Source: a virus | Taxonomy: Duplodnaviria > Caudoviricetes | Virus record (IMG/VR): IMGVR_UViG_3300047561_001431 | Span: 1-31,008 of that record | Strand: one strand, 5' to 3' | DNA: 31,008 bases | Made by a program: the position numbers and the translations under genes | Part shown: positions 9,652 to 18,237 of the stretch, piece after piece | How the letters are laid out: every line of letters begins with the position of its first letter | How positions within the stretch are numbered: position 1 is the first letter of the stretch | The notes under the pieces: generated by a model | What the model was told of the DNA's origin: nothing | Seen by the model: the letters and a program-made list of their open reading frames with translations, nothing else | Databases searched by the model: none

Positions 9652-10629
9652 CTAAGAAATTTTGTTATACCAATATTTTAATAGATCATTTAACGTATCA
9701 TCTATACAATAATCTGGGATCCATCCTGTCATCTCAACAAGATCAGAAGAGTCTCCGTGCTGGTAATGAATATCAATAGGTCTATAAAGATCTGGAGAAA
9801 CAAAAAGTTCAACATCTTTTAATCCACTAAGTTCAATGAGCTTCTCAGTAAAAAATCTCATCTTATATGGAGTGTCTCCACATACATTAAAGATTTTACC
9901 ATTTACATTTTCATTAATCATTGCAAGATAGTAAGCATTCACTGTATCACGTACGTCTACAACAACTCTAACGCTGTCAAGATTACCAACATGGAGAATG
10001 TTATTCTGTAAACCTTTCATCATTCTTGCTATCTGAAACGCATCAGATGAGATGGAGAAATTTTTTCCTCTTCGTGGACCTGTATGAGAGAAAGCTCTTG
10101 TTATAAATCCCTTTAGCTTTCCATTCTCAATGCGCTCTTGCATATAAAGATCAATGGCAGCTTTCGATGCGCCATACGGATTAGCGGGCAATATCTCGTC
10201 GTTAATACTAATCTTGTGTCCATCAATACCAATGTTTCCATACACTTCTGATGTAGAACAGAACATCAACATACAGTTTGGTTGATTGTCAGATATAGCT
10301 TGGATAAGATTAGCGCTACCCATTATGTTTTCTTCAAATGTACCTAATGGATCAACGAAACTTGACGGAGGATGAGATTGTGCAGCTAAATGAAACACTC
10401 CGTCAAATTCATTTTGACTAAAGATAGTTTGTAGCATGCGATAATTTTTTAGATCAGAATACAAAAACTTAATGTTGCTAAATACATCGTCAGATACGAT
10501 ATCTCTGATATCATTCTCTCTGCCATTTGTATCCCTAATTAATCCATATACTTCGTGACCATGACTATGAAGAAGGTTTGCTAAATGCGGACCAGCAAAT
10601 CCAGTGATACCTGTTATTAAATATTTCAT
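9652..10629 (-). CDS. gmd: GDP-mannose 4,6-dehydratase-like SDR
   Basis: TGITGFAG, HLAAQSH, STSEVYG (catalytic T/E retained), PYGASK, HTGPRRG, GNLDSVR. Confidence 0.8.
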   Translation of the reverse strand: MKYLITGITGFAGPHLANLLHSHGHEVYGLIRDTNGRENDIRDIVSDDVFSNIKFLYSDLKNYRMLQTIFSQNEFDGVFHLAAQSHPPSSFVDPLGTFEENIMGSANLIQAISDNQPNCMLMFCSTSEVYGNIGIDGHKISINDEILPANPYGASKAAIDLYMQERIENGKLKGFITRAFSHTGPRRGKNFSISSDAFQIARMMKGLQNNILHVGNLDSVRVVVDVRDTVNAYYLAMINENVNGKIFNVCGDTPYKMRFFTEKLIELSGLKDVELFVSPDLYRPIDIHYQHGDSSDLVEMTGWIPDYCIDDTLNDLLKYWYNKIS

Positions 10630-10635
10630 TTAAAC

Positions 10636-11334
10636 TCAATTCGGAATAAAATTTAGATTTTTACTAAATGGTATGAACTGAACATCTGAATGATGCAGTC
10701 CTTGATACATGTTATATGTTACAGCTTTTATAGGTAGCTTGTCAATTATGTAATTAATTCCAGTATGGACCGTGTGTATCTCAAGCGCATTCTCAAGCAC
10801 CATACACCAATCAAATAGATTGAATCTATTGATAATAGAAAGCTCAACAATTCGATGATCAAAAACAAGATCATCCAATACATTAGAATATAATATATCA
10901 ATACTAGCCATCTTATTTAAAAAGATATAATTTTGATCATCTGTAAGATTCAATATATTATAAAAAAGATCTTTCTCTTTATCTAAATTCCGATGAAAAG
11001 AAAAATAATCATACCAATGATCATCAGTTTCATTTATAAGAAAATATTTTGATTCCATGATTCTTTTTCCAGGAGCCTGATACCCATCCGGAGATAAGAA
11101 TAAAAAATCATTTTCTTCATAAGAAAAATGACCACTGTAATATATATCTTTATGAAAGAAATCATCACTTAGTTTACAAAAATCAATTCCAGACACATAA
11201 TCTGAAACCCATATTATATCATCTCGTAAAGGCCATAAAATATTATAACCTTTTGCTTTAATGATATGAGCAAATTTTTGTAAATAGAAGATGTCACCTA
11301 ATCCAATAGGTTGTTTTATTAAACATGTTTTCAT
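10636..11334 (-). CDS. Putative glycosyltransferase-like protein, paralogue of 8257..9018
   Basis: KQPIGLGDIFYLQKFA; FNLFDWCMVLENALEIH. Confidence 0.55.
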   Translation of the reverse strand: MKTCLIKQPIGLGDIFYLQKFAHIIKAKGYNILWPLRDDIIWVSDYVSGIDFCKLSDDFFHKDIYYSGHFSYEENDFLFLSPDGYQAPGKRIMESKYFLINETDDHWYDYFSFHRNLDKEKDLFYNILNLTDDQNYIFLNKMASIDILYSNVLDDLVFDHRIVELSIINRFNLFDWCMVLENALEIHTVHTGINYIIDKLPIKAVTYNMYQGLHHSDVQFIPFSKNLNFIPN

Positions 11335-11350
11335 ATTATGAAATTAGATA

Positions 11351-11980
11351 TCAGTACTCATTTACCAATTGATTAATATTATCTATAGCTGTAGCTTTTG
11401 GAAAAGCCAATAAGTAACCCTGATCTCTATAGTTCTCAATTAGAATATGAGTATCATTTAAAATCTCTTCAATGAAATCATATCCATCAGCACCTGCAGC
11501 GCCTCTCAATTCCCATGATCCAGCTTCGTAGTTTCTATCTACATATATTCTAAGATCATCCATAATAATTACATCTTTACTTATATCTCTTTTATCTTTT
11601 AAGATTTGTAATTCAATTTTAAGAGGAATTCTTTTAGACTCATCTGGCTCGCTATTATATGGCATACCGTTATAGTCAGAATTTGGAAAGTGAGCATCCA
11701 ACCAGAATAACGCAGGGTTATTATTGATATCATCCAATAGAGGAATAAACTGATCTTTAGAATAGCCATTATATATCTTAACAATACCACCAAGATCACT
11801 ATTGCTTAGTCTATCGCACATCGATTGATCAAGATCAATACCATAAAACTTCAATCCAGATCTAACATTATATACATCTCTTAGACTGGTCCCATCGCCA
11901 AATCCAGTCTCAACATAGTTATCAATATTAAAACAATCAATAACATCACCCAACTTAATTGGATTACTTAGTCTTCCCAT
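11351..11980 (-). CDS. SAM-methyltransferase-like protein (VETG/WLDAH type)
   Basis: YVETGFGDG, FWLDAHF, IIMDDLR; SD AAGGAG. Confidence 0.65.
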   Translation of the reverse strand: MGRLSNPIKLGDVIDCFNIDNYVETGFGDGTSLRDVYNVRSGLKFYGIDLDQSMCDRLSNSDLGGIVKIYNGYSKDQFIPLLDDINNNPALFWLDAHFPNSDYNGMPYNSEPDESKRIPLKIELQILKDKRDISKDVIIMDDLRIYVDRNYEAGSWELRGAAGADGYDFIEEILNDTHILIENYRDQGYLLAFPKATAIDNINQLVNEY

Positions 11981-12038
11981 TTGATACTCCTTTAGATATT
12001 TTTAAAACCAATATAATACTATCATCGCATGTGCATTA

Positions 12039-12689
12039 TCACACTCTAGCAAAGATAGCATCACCCCAACTTGGATCACTTAACTCTGTGCCAATATGGG
12101 TAAATCCTTTTGCTAATAGATAATCATTAACCTCAGGGAAAAATGGATTACCTACATATTGTGGTGAATGAAAAGTTACTTCAATATTAATATACTTAAC
12201 ATTATCTAATACTTTTGGACCTCCGTCGCACACCATTAGCTCTGCACCTTGAACATCCATATTAAGCATGTCGAAATCGTAGCCAAGATTATTGCGCTCA
12301 AGAAAAGTATCCAGACGTAACGATGGTAATGTTAAACTACCTCGGAAACAACTTGCACTCCAATGATCTGGGGTAACTTTCAACATTGAAGACATACCCT
12401 TATTGCCTACTAGATGTCCAGCATCCCAGTTATAATATAAATTAAATTCTGTATCTACATCATCAACATTAGAAATAAGAACGTTATAAGGGAGACTTTT
12501 AATCTCTGGTATATTCATTATTACTAGGTTCTCTAAAAGCTCATTGTAAACCTCTGGATTAGCTTCAATCCAGACAACTTTTTCTACTCCAATAGCACGG
12601 TACTGATACAGTTCTCCACCGCGATCTGCACCAACATGTAAAACATTTTTAATTTCTTTGTCCAGAAAATACTGTTCACTAAAACTCAT
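12039..12689 (-). CDS. FkbM-family methyltransferase
   Basis: LHVGADRG, WIEANP, LNMDVQGAEL, WGDAIF. Confidence 0.9.
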   Translation of the reverse strand: MSFSEQYFLDKEIKNVLHVGADRGGELYQYRAIGVEKVVWIEANPEVYNELLENLVIMNIPEIKSLPYNVLISNVDDVDTEFNLYYNWDAGHLVGNKGMSSMLKVTPDHWSASCFRGSLTLPSLRLDTFLERNNLGYDFDMLNMDVQGAELMVCDGGPKVLDNVKYINIEVTFHSPQYVGNPFFPEVNDYLLAKGFTHIGTELSDPSWGDAIFARV

Positions 12690-12691
12690 AA

Positions 12692-13240
12692 TTAATGTTT
12701 ACTTCTTTCTATTTTTAAAATGAATCTATCTTCGACTACAAAATGTTTTACTTCAAAATTATTTAAACAATTAAGAATATTGTCTTCTGTTATCTCAGAC
12801 CAATCTTCATTACCGACAAATCTAAATAATCTATAGTCATCAATAATAATTACAGCTTTATCAAAAGAGTAAAGCTTATCAATGGCAGATAATTCTTCTA
12901 TCAAAGGACAGTCCTTGTCGCCCTGTGCCGTATCACCACTAGAGAAATGTCCATCAAGCCAGAATACTGCTTTATCATTTAAACTAGGAATTATATCTAG
13001 CAAAACAATAGAACTATCTCCTAGAAATGTGTGAATTTTTAGATGCGGATTTTCCGCATTGAACTCACTATAATATTTAACTGATAACTCTATAGTATAC
13101 AGGTCAGAAAAATAAGAATGTAAACCGAGAACAGTATTGCCTCTATGTGTTCCTGTTTCTACAAATATAGGATACTCATCTAGCTGTTCATCAACAATAT
13201 TAAAAATTTTATTTAGATCACTAGCTAACAATTCACCCAA
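12692..13240 (-). CDS. SAM-methyltransferase-like protein, paralogue of 11351..11980
   Basis: FVETGTHRG, TIELS, GDS, FWLDGHFS, IIIDDYR. Start uncertain (TTG 13240 after GGAG, or TTG 13231). Confidence 0.65.
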   Translation of the reverse strand: MGELLASDLNKIFNIVDEQLDEYPIFVETGTHRGNTVLGLHSYFSDLYTIELSVKYYSEFNAENPHLKIHTFLGDSSIVLLDIIPSLNDKAVFWLDGHFSSGDTAQGDKDCPLIEELSAIDKLYSFDKAVIIIDDYRLFRFVGNEDWSEITEDNILNCLNNFEVKHFVVEDRFILKIERSKH

Positions 13241-14048
13241 TGTAATTCTCCCATATATAGTCCTCAAGTATTTCCATCTTGAGTGTACGTTCAAGGTTGT
13301 CTTGAATCACATATTTCTTTGATTCATACAATTCTAATGTCAACTGCGAGATATCAAAATTGTCATTTAATAAAATGACACCATCCATATTGAAATAATT
13401 ATCTATATCTGGTGCACCATAATAAACTGGAATAGTTCCAGTTAGGAAACAATCTAGTATTTTTTCGGTAAAATATGTTGCATAAGATCCGTTCTCAATG
13501 GCGACAGAAAACATATAGTCACAGAGACCTTCTTCTTTATACTGGATTTCATTAAAACCGCGACCATAAAGATCTAGCTTATTTCTAAAATTATTAATCC
13601 ATTCTAATCTAAACTTATGTCCATCTGTCCAATTCTTTCCAGATGAAATCATAGATACTAATTTTGTTTTTGGATAAATTTTAGGATCAATAATCCAAGA
13701 TCCCTGTGCTGGAACAAATTTAAACTTTTCATTTATGCCAACAAGTTCTTGGTCATGAGTAAAAATCATATCATAATGTTCTAGATAAAGATCAGGAGAT
13801 TTTTTAACCCTATCTATTGCTGAAGAAATCCACTTAGATTCTAATAGCCATCCGTAATTATTAAATGAATTAGATCCTAAAGGTTGGTCGATAGTATCAT
13901 CAATATAAAAAGTTTTTATACCACTACCATCTTGCACCCATTCAATATATTTGGATATTTTGCCGTGAACTGAATAGCCTTTATTTCCACCACTAAGATG
14001 GGTAAAAGTATTTCCTACAAGATTGAATTTTACTTTATTAAAACTCAA
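13233..14048 (-). CDS. GT10 alpha-1,3-fucosyltransferase-like glycosyltransferase
   Basis: YMFSVAIENGSYATYFTEKILDCFLTGTIPVYYG is the GT10 signature. Confidence 0.85.
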   Translation of the reverse strand: MSFNKVKFNLVGNTFTHLSGGNKGYSVHGKISKYIEWVQDGSGIKTFYIDDTIDQPLGSNSFNNYGWLLESKWISSAIDRVKKSPDLYLEHYDMIFTHDQELVGINEKFKFVPAQGSWIIDPKIYPKTKLVSMISSGKNWTDGHKFRLEWINNFRNKLDLYGRGFNEIQYKEEGLCDYMFSVAIENGSYATYFTEKILDCFLTGTIPVYYGAPDIDNYFNMDGVILLNDNFDISQLTLELYESKKYVIQDNLERTLKMEILEDYIWENYIG

Positions 14049-14054
14049 TTTAAT

Positions 14055-14759
14055 TCAATCTCCCAAAAAATTTTCATGCATCTGATCAAAGTTATTAATA
14101 TAATTTCTATAATGTATTCTATTCTTTTCTACATGTACACTATTAATAAATCCATCCTCATTAATAGGATGCCAAATATGACAAATAGATCCCTCTATTC
14201 TTGAATAGAGACCCAATTTTAAATTAGCAGTATGAACTAAAGCATTATCTTCATATCCCCATCCATCATATCTTTCATCAAATCCACCAGTTAAATAAAA
14301 CTTTTCAGATTCGAATAACTGAATACCAGATATGGGCGGCATTAAAACATCGGCAGTATGATTCTCAACGACTATATCATAAGAATAATCTGATTCAATA
14401 AAGTCAATACCATAATCACTGGCCAGTATTCTATTTGTATTAACTGGCTGAGTAATTAAATATTTTTTATATGGAATTAGCCAATTAGTTTCCGGTAAAA
14501 CATTTAACGCCTCTAATAAAAGATTTTTACTCCAAAATGTATCTGCATCACAGAATGCAATATACTTTTCTTTACTTTGTTTAAAAGCATTATTTCTGGC
14601 TTCACTTCTATTAAACTTTACATCTGGATTGCTATCTGCAACATATACTGGAACGCCTGGAAAAAGAACATCATATCTTTTTAGAATCCATTCCAAAATT
14701 CTATCTCTAAAGCCACCATCACCTCTGTATGGGATTAGAAACGCAAAGTCATTTAACAT
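14055..14759 (-). CDS. GT2/GT7-like glycosyltransferase
   Basis: LIPYR, FNRSEARN, DxD motif (CDADT), GGFDERYDGWGYEDN, HIWH. Confidence 0.85.
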   Translation of the reverse strand: MLNDFAFLIPYRGDGGFRDRILEWILKRYDVLFPGVPVYVADSNPDVKFNRSEARNNAFKQSKEKYIAFCDADTFWSKNLLLEALNVLPETNWLIPYKKYLITQPVNTNRILASDYGIDFIESDYSYDIVVENHTADVLMPPISGIQLFESEKFYLTGGFDERYDGWGYEDNALVHTANLKLGLYSRIEGSICHIWHPINEDGFINSVHVEKNRIHYRNYINNFDQMHENFLGD

Positions 14760-15448
14760 TAGTCTTCTCTCTTATGTGCATTAATATGTACCCAATTAAA
14801 ATCTCTAAATGACTTTGGTAAAATAGAAGGAGTATAGTCCATCTCCCACATAACAAATGGAAGACTAACTTGATCCTGATATGACAAAACCATATTATGG
14901 ATATACCATCTCATCCCAAGCTCTTTTGCCTGTGGATCTGTCATATCTCTAGCAATAACACCTGTCTCATATAAACCATACTCAGTAGGGAAGCCTCTAC
15001 TCTTATAGTAATCTATCTGAGGATCCATTGGCTCGTTAATATACTTCAATGGTCTAATTGAAGCCTCACCATATGCACAATGTCTGTTATCAAAATGTGG
15101 AGATATTACCATACCGCTATCTAGATAATTTAATATTTCTCCAACAAAATTTTGAGATCGTATCTGCATATCGCCATCAATCCAAATCACATACTTATAT
15201 TCCATTAGCTCAGGAAACATGTGCGGAACATGCTTTGGAAATTTAGATAATCTACGAGGATGTAGATGAGAAAAATCATTTAACTCAATGACTCTCCAAC
15301 GACTCTCAATTGGATATGATCCACCATCAGTGAAATATAGGTAATCTACTCCATCTTGATAGGTGTGTCCACCAAGATGTTCATAGTCTGTAATAACAGC
15401 TGTGTAAACAGCTGTTTTACCCTTCCATTCGCTTTCTTCTATAGCCAT
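14759..15448 (-). CDS. DUF616/TOD1-MUCI70-like glycosyltransferase
   Basis: AVYTAVITDYE, FTD, KFPKHVPH, WIDGD, HFDNRHCAYGEA, QDQVSLP. Likely start is ATG 15448; the track's longer start runs through the tRNA. Confidence 0.8.
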   Translation of the reverse strand: MAIEESEWKGKTAVYTAVITDYEHLGGHTYQDGVDYLYFTDGGSYPIESRWRVIELNDFSHLHPRRLSKFPKHVPHMFPELMEYKYVIWIDGDMQIRSQNFVGEILNYLDSGMVISPHFDNRHCAYGEASIRPLKYINEPMDPQIDYYKSRGFPTEYGLYETGVIARDMTDPQAKELGMRWYIHNMVLSYQDQVSLPFVMWEMDYTPSILPKSFRDFNWVHINAHKRED

Positions 15449-15471
15449 TTTAAGCCTTTCTATTGTAGTTG

Positions 15472-15556
15472 CGGAAAGAATGGGATTCGAACCCATGGAA
15501 GCTTTCGCTTCACACGCTTTCCAGGCGTGCCGATTCGGCCACTCTGGCATCTCTCC
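15472..15556 (-). tRNA. tRNA-Ser(GGA), class II; CCA not encoded
   Basis: Acceptor stem GGAGAGA/TCTTTCC plus G discriminator; anticodon arm CACGC-CTGGAAA-GCGTG; long variable arm GAAGC-GAAA-GCTTC; T arm ATGGG-TTCGAAT-CCCAT; followed by CAA. Confidence 0.95.
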
Positions 15557-15563
15557 ACTAGCA

Positions 15564-15572
15564 ATTATAGCA
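15564..15572 (-). promoter_or_regulatory. Extended -10 promoter TGCTATAAT, 7 nt upstream of the tRNA
   Basis: Perfect TGnTATAAT in the intergenic gap. Confidence 0.7.
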
Positions 15573-15599
15573 TACCGAAAATGTAATAGACTAAAAATA

Positions 15600-16220
15600 T
15601 TAATATAATGTATACATATGATGGCCTAAATCCCAACGCTTTAGTGGATCATGAATATTTACGTTGTAATATGACCTACTTTTTGGTATATCTATGGGCT
15701 GAAAGTGGGCTGGATCGGTACTTTCATCAATATATGTTAAACCAAATAGGTGAGCCCACCAGATTAAATAACCAAAATTACCACCTTCAGCTAACATGTC
15801 GGCAGCAATAGCTAATCCACTTTTTGTTGTAGACTCATGATAAGAGCCACCAGGAGGTGCGCATCCAGTACCTGGTTTTTTCAATATCCAATATCTATGA
15901 CCATCTACTGTACAATCTCTCGCATAACCTAAACCATAAGTTTCTGGTTTGCTGTTCATAAGAGCTCTTCCTCGACTATACTCTGAAAAAGTGCAAGGTC
16001 TATACCTAGTTATAAACGTTCGATACTGATTTTGGGAACTACGAAGACCACCACCTATACCACACCCATGACCCTGACCAATGACAAAGTTCATTAATCC
16101 TAATAATCTTCTTCTAAATTCTGGATCAAAACCAGACCATACACTCCAACTTGTTAATTGTTGATAGGATTTCATAGCGAAAGCCTCGCCATAACCTGTC
16201 ATATACAGTCTTTCTCTCAT
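15600..16220 (-). CDS. Endolysin-like M15 peptidase paralogue without a cell-wall-binding domain
   Basis: Aligns by eye to 16227..17045 (YMTGY, WSVW..F.PEFRRRLL, APPG.SYHE, A.D); has DPAH where the paralogue has EPWH. Confidence 0.7.
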   Translation of the reverse strand: MRERLYMTGYGEAFAMKSYQQLTSWSVWSGFDPEFRRRLLGLMNFVIGQGHGCGIGGGLRSSQNQYRTFITRYRPCTFSEYSRGRALMNSKPETYGLGYARDCTVDGHRYWILKKPGTGCAPPGGSYHESTTKSGLAIAADMLAEGGNFGYLIWWAHLFGLTYIDESTDPAHFQPIDIPKSRSYYNVNIHDPLKRWDLGHHMYTLY

Positions 16221-16226
16221 AGGAAA

Positions 16227-17045
16227 TTAGCTTGGTACACTCGTCATATATTCAGCGAAAGCCTTATATTTTGCTGCTGTGATTGGACCATATATTCCGT
16301 CAGCAACGATTTTAAGTGCGAACTGCATCCTTACAACCGCATCATGGGTTATAGGACCGAACCATCCATCACACTTAGAAGTTTTGGGATACCATCCCCA
16401 AAATTGCATAACTTGCTGAAGTTTAGCAACCTCTGGACCAGTCATATTTATAGGCTTTACAAGTTTAAGAGTGGGCGCAGGCACAATAATAATCGGCTTT
16501 GGTGGCTTTGGGGTAGGAGGAACAGGCGTTCCACCAAAAATATGCAGAGGGACCATATCGGATTTAAAATTACGTCTACTATTAGGAATTTCACTAGGCT
16601 GCAAATGCCATGGCTCTCCATTAATATCACCAAAATGACGAAGACCATGCTTAGCAGCAAATTTATCAGCAAATAAAACATCACCAATCATATCAACAGC
16701 TAAACAAAATCCTTCAGGAGTACAAGGTTCGTGATAACTAAGCCCAGGAGGAGCAGCATTAGCGACACCGGGTTTGCGTTCCCAAAACTTACCTTCCCAG
16801 AAAACATCACCAGTATAATCAGAATCATCTTCTACAATATATCTACTTAGAAAAAGATTCCTTTGTGCAGCAGAAGATCTCCATCCGCCACCTACACCAA
16901 TATTTTTACCAGCTGCGATACATTCATCCATTAAAGCTAGAAGTCTGCGTCTAAACTCTGGCTCAAATCTAAGCCAAACACTCCAGCTCAAAAGCTGTTC
17001 ACGCGTCATAGTCGCACCGGCATAACCTGTCATATAAACGGACAT
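16227..17045 (-). CDS. Endolysin: M15-like Zn peptidase, Pro-rich linker and peptidoglycan-binding domain
   Basis: AAPPGLSYHE...LAVD...EPWH; PVPPTPKPPKP linker; GPEVAKLQ...DGWFGPITHDAV..MQ...ADGIYGPIT; start ATG 17045 with SD AGGAG. Confidence 0.85.
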   Translation of the reverse strand: MSVYMTGYAGATMTREQLLSWSVWLRFEPEFRRRLLALMDECIAAGKNIGVGGGWRSSAAQRNLFLSRYIVEDDSDYTGDVFWEGKFWERKPGVANAAPPGLSYHEPCTPEGFCLAVDMIGDVLFADKFAAKHGLRHFGDINGEPWHLQPSEIPNSRRNFKSDMVPLHIFGGTPVPPTPKPPKPIIIVPAPTLKLVKPINMTGPEVAKLQQVMQFWGWYPKTSKCDGWFGPITHDAVVRMQFALKIVADGIYGPITAAKYKAFAEYMTSVPS

Positions 17046-17055
17046 CTCTATTCTC

Positions 17056-17262
17056 CTATTTGCTCTTTTTCTTTTTGTTAATCTTTGACAATGTTTTAGC
17101 AAGATTAGCTTGCTGAACTGTTAACTTACTATACTTAGAAGGGTTAGCCGTCACTTTAGAGGCCATAGCTGCAGAAGATAATCCCTTTTTCTTTGCTTTT
17201 GCCGTAAAGGCACCGGGTCGCTTAATGGCACCCTGGATCCAGTTCTTTTTCTTTTGTACCAT
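17056..17262 (-). CDS. Small Lys-rich protein (KNWIQGAIKRPGA type)
   Basis: 68 aa, highly basic, tightly packed with its neighbours. Confidence 0.75.
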   Translation of the reverse strand: MVQKKKNWIQGAIKRPGAFTAKAKKKGLSSAAMASKVTANPSKYSKLTVQQANLAKTLSKINKKKKSK

Positions 17263-17264
17263 TA

Positions 17265-17549
17265 TTATTTACTCTTTTTCTTTTTTGTAAAAGTGGAAAT
17301 ATTTTTAGGAGCCTGCCCTTTTGCTCCTTTAGATGGAACACCAGAAGATCTTTTTCTTTTAACAGCAGAAGATCGCTGTCCAGCACTCATAGCATTAGCC
17401 TTCGCCACTGGAACACACTTAGCATAGCCAGACCCATTGGCCCCAGACGTACCACACGACTGCCATTTACCATTTTTTTTGGGAGCACCAATGTTTACCC
17501 ATTTCTGATTAAACCATTTGGTAAGTCCAACTCCTTTGGGTCCGGCCAT
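17265..17549 (-). CDS. Small basic protein, DUF5872-like C-terminal part
   Basis: MAGPKGVGLTKWFNQKWVNI...CG...YAKCVP; start moved to ATG 17549. Confidence 0.7.
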   Translation of the reverse strand: MAGPKGVGLTKWFNQKWVNIGAPKKNGKWQSCGTSGANGSGYAKCVPVAKANAMSAGQRSSAVKRKRSSGVPSKGAKGQAPKNISTFTKKKKSK

Positions 17550-17553
17550 GTTA

Positions 17554-17730
17554 CTATTTCTTCTTTGATTTTCCGGTAGAAATAGTTTTCCAAGTTCCAC
17601 CAGAAGCCTTATACTTTTTAGCTGCCCACGCATTAGCATAAGCACTTGGATAGACATCAAACTTTTGCTTAGCTTGAGACTTAACCCTTGACCAAAGTGA
17701 AGGATTTTTAGGAATATTCTTTTTAACCAT
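17554..17730 (-). CDS. Small basic protein, DUF5872-like N-terminal part
   Basis: KNPSLWSRVKSQAK.KFDVYPSAYANAW..KKYK..GGTW; SD GAGG before ATG 17730. Confidence 0.75.
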   Translation of the reverse strand: MVKKNIPKNPSLWSRVKSQAKQKFDVYPSAYANAWAAKKYKASGGTWKTISTGKSKKK

Positions 17731-17741
17731 AATTTTCCTCA

Positions 17742-17846
17742 TCACATCATTTTTTTCTTAGCGGAACCCATCTTTTTCGGGGCTGCCATTTTCTTAGCTG
17801 ATCCCATCTTCTTAGCGGAACCCATCTTCTTAGCCTTCTTCATCAT
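17742..17846 (-). CDS. 34-aa polycationic repeat peptide
   Basis: MMKKAKKMGSAKKMGSAKKMAAPKKMGSAKKKMM*; perfect SD AGGAGGTG 6 nt upstream; below the ORF-track length cutoff. Confidence 0.75.
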   Translation of the reverse strand: MMKKAKKMGSAKKMGSAKKMAAPKKMGSAKKKMM

Positions 17847-17858
17847 ATTAAACACCTC

Positions 17859-18146
17859 CTACCATTTTACTTTGTTACTCCAATACGCTGCAGACATTTT
17901 GCCCTTAGCAATATTACCGGCGTGTCGTGCCTTAAATGACTCTCTACGCTTACGATATGATTCCGACTCTCCTTCTTTTTTAGGAGAACCAGAAACACCT
18001 TGTTGACCAAATCTAATAGTTTTAACCTTATCTCCAGACTTGGCGACTACGACATGAGACTTAGTTGGATGACTAGGGGTTCTCTTAGGTTTATTAAACC
18101 CGCTTACCCCGGCTCTTTGTAGTCTTGGATCTTTTTTTGCTGCCAT
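17859..18146 (-). CDS. Small basic protein, DUF6321-like
   Basis: FNKPKRTP.HPTKSHVVVAK.GDKVKTIRFGQQG...RRESFKARH...SAAYW. Confidence 0.75.
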   Translation of the reverse strand: MAAKKDPRLQRAGVSGFNKPKRTPSHPTKSHVVVAKSGDKVKTIRFGQQGVSGSPKKEGESESYRKRRESFKARHAGNIAKGKMSAAYWSNKVKW

Positions 18147-18237
18147 TAGATTTGATTCCTTTTATCTCTATACCATTAGATAAGTTATTTGTTCCCATTC
18201 TTGGTCCAGAAACATATGTTTTTTTAACTGATTTCAC
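18094..18237 (-). CDS. Possible 47-aa basic micro-protein
   Basis: GTG overlaps the upstream TGA (GTGA); MKSVKKTYVSGPRMGTNN...KSRGKRV; overlaps the next gene by 53 nt. Confidence 0.45.
   Translation of the reverse strand: MKSVKKTYVSGPRMGTNNLSNGIEIKGIKSNGSKKRSKTTKSRGKRV

Noticed and set aside
15472-15500. tRNA 3' end as an attachment site bounding the glycan cluster
   Set aside because: No duplicated tRNA fragment noticed at the other end of the cluster and no integrase in the window.
15449-15550. N-terminal extension of the DUF616 ORF (MPEWPNRHAWK...)
   Set aside because: It is a translation of the tRNA-Ser gene; a better start with SD lies at 15448.
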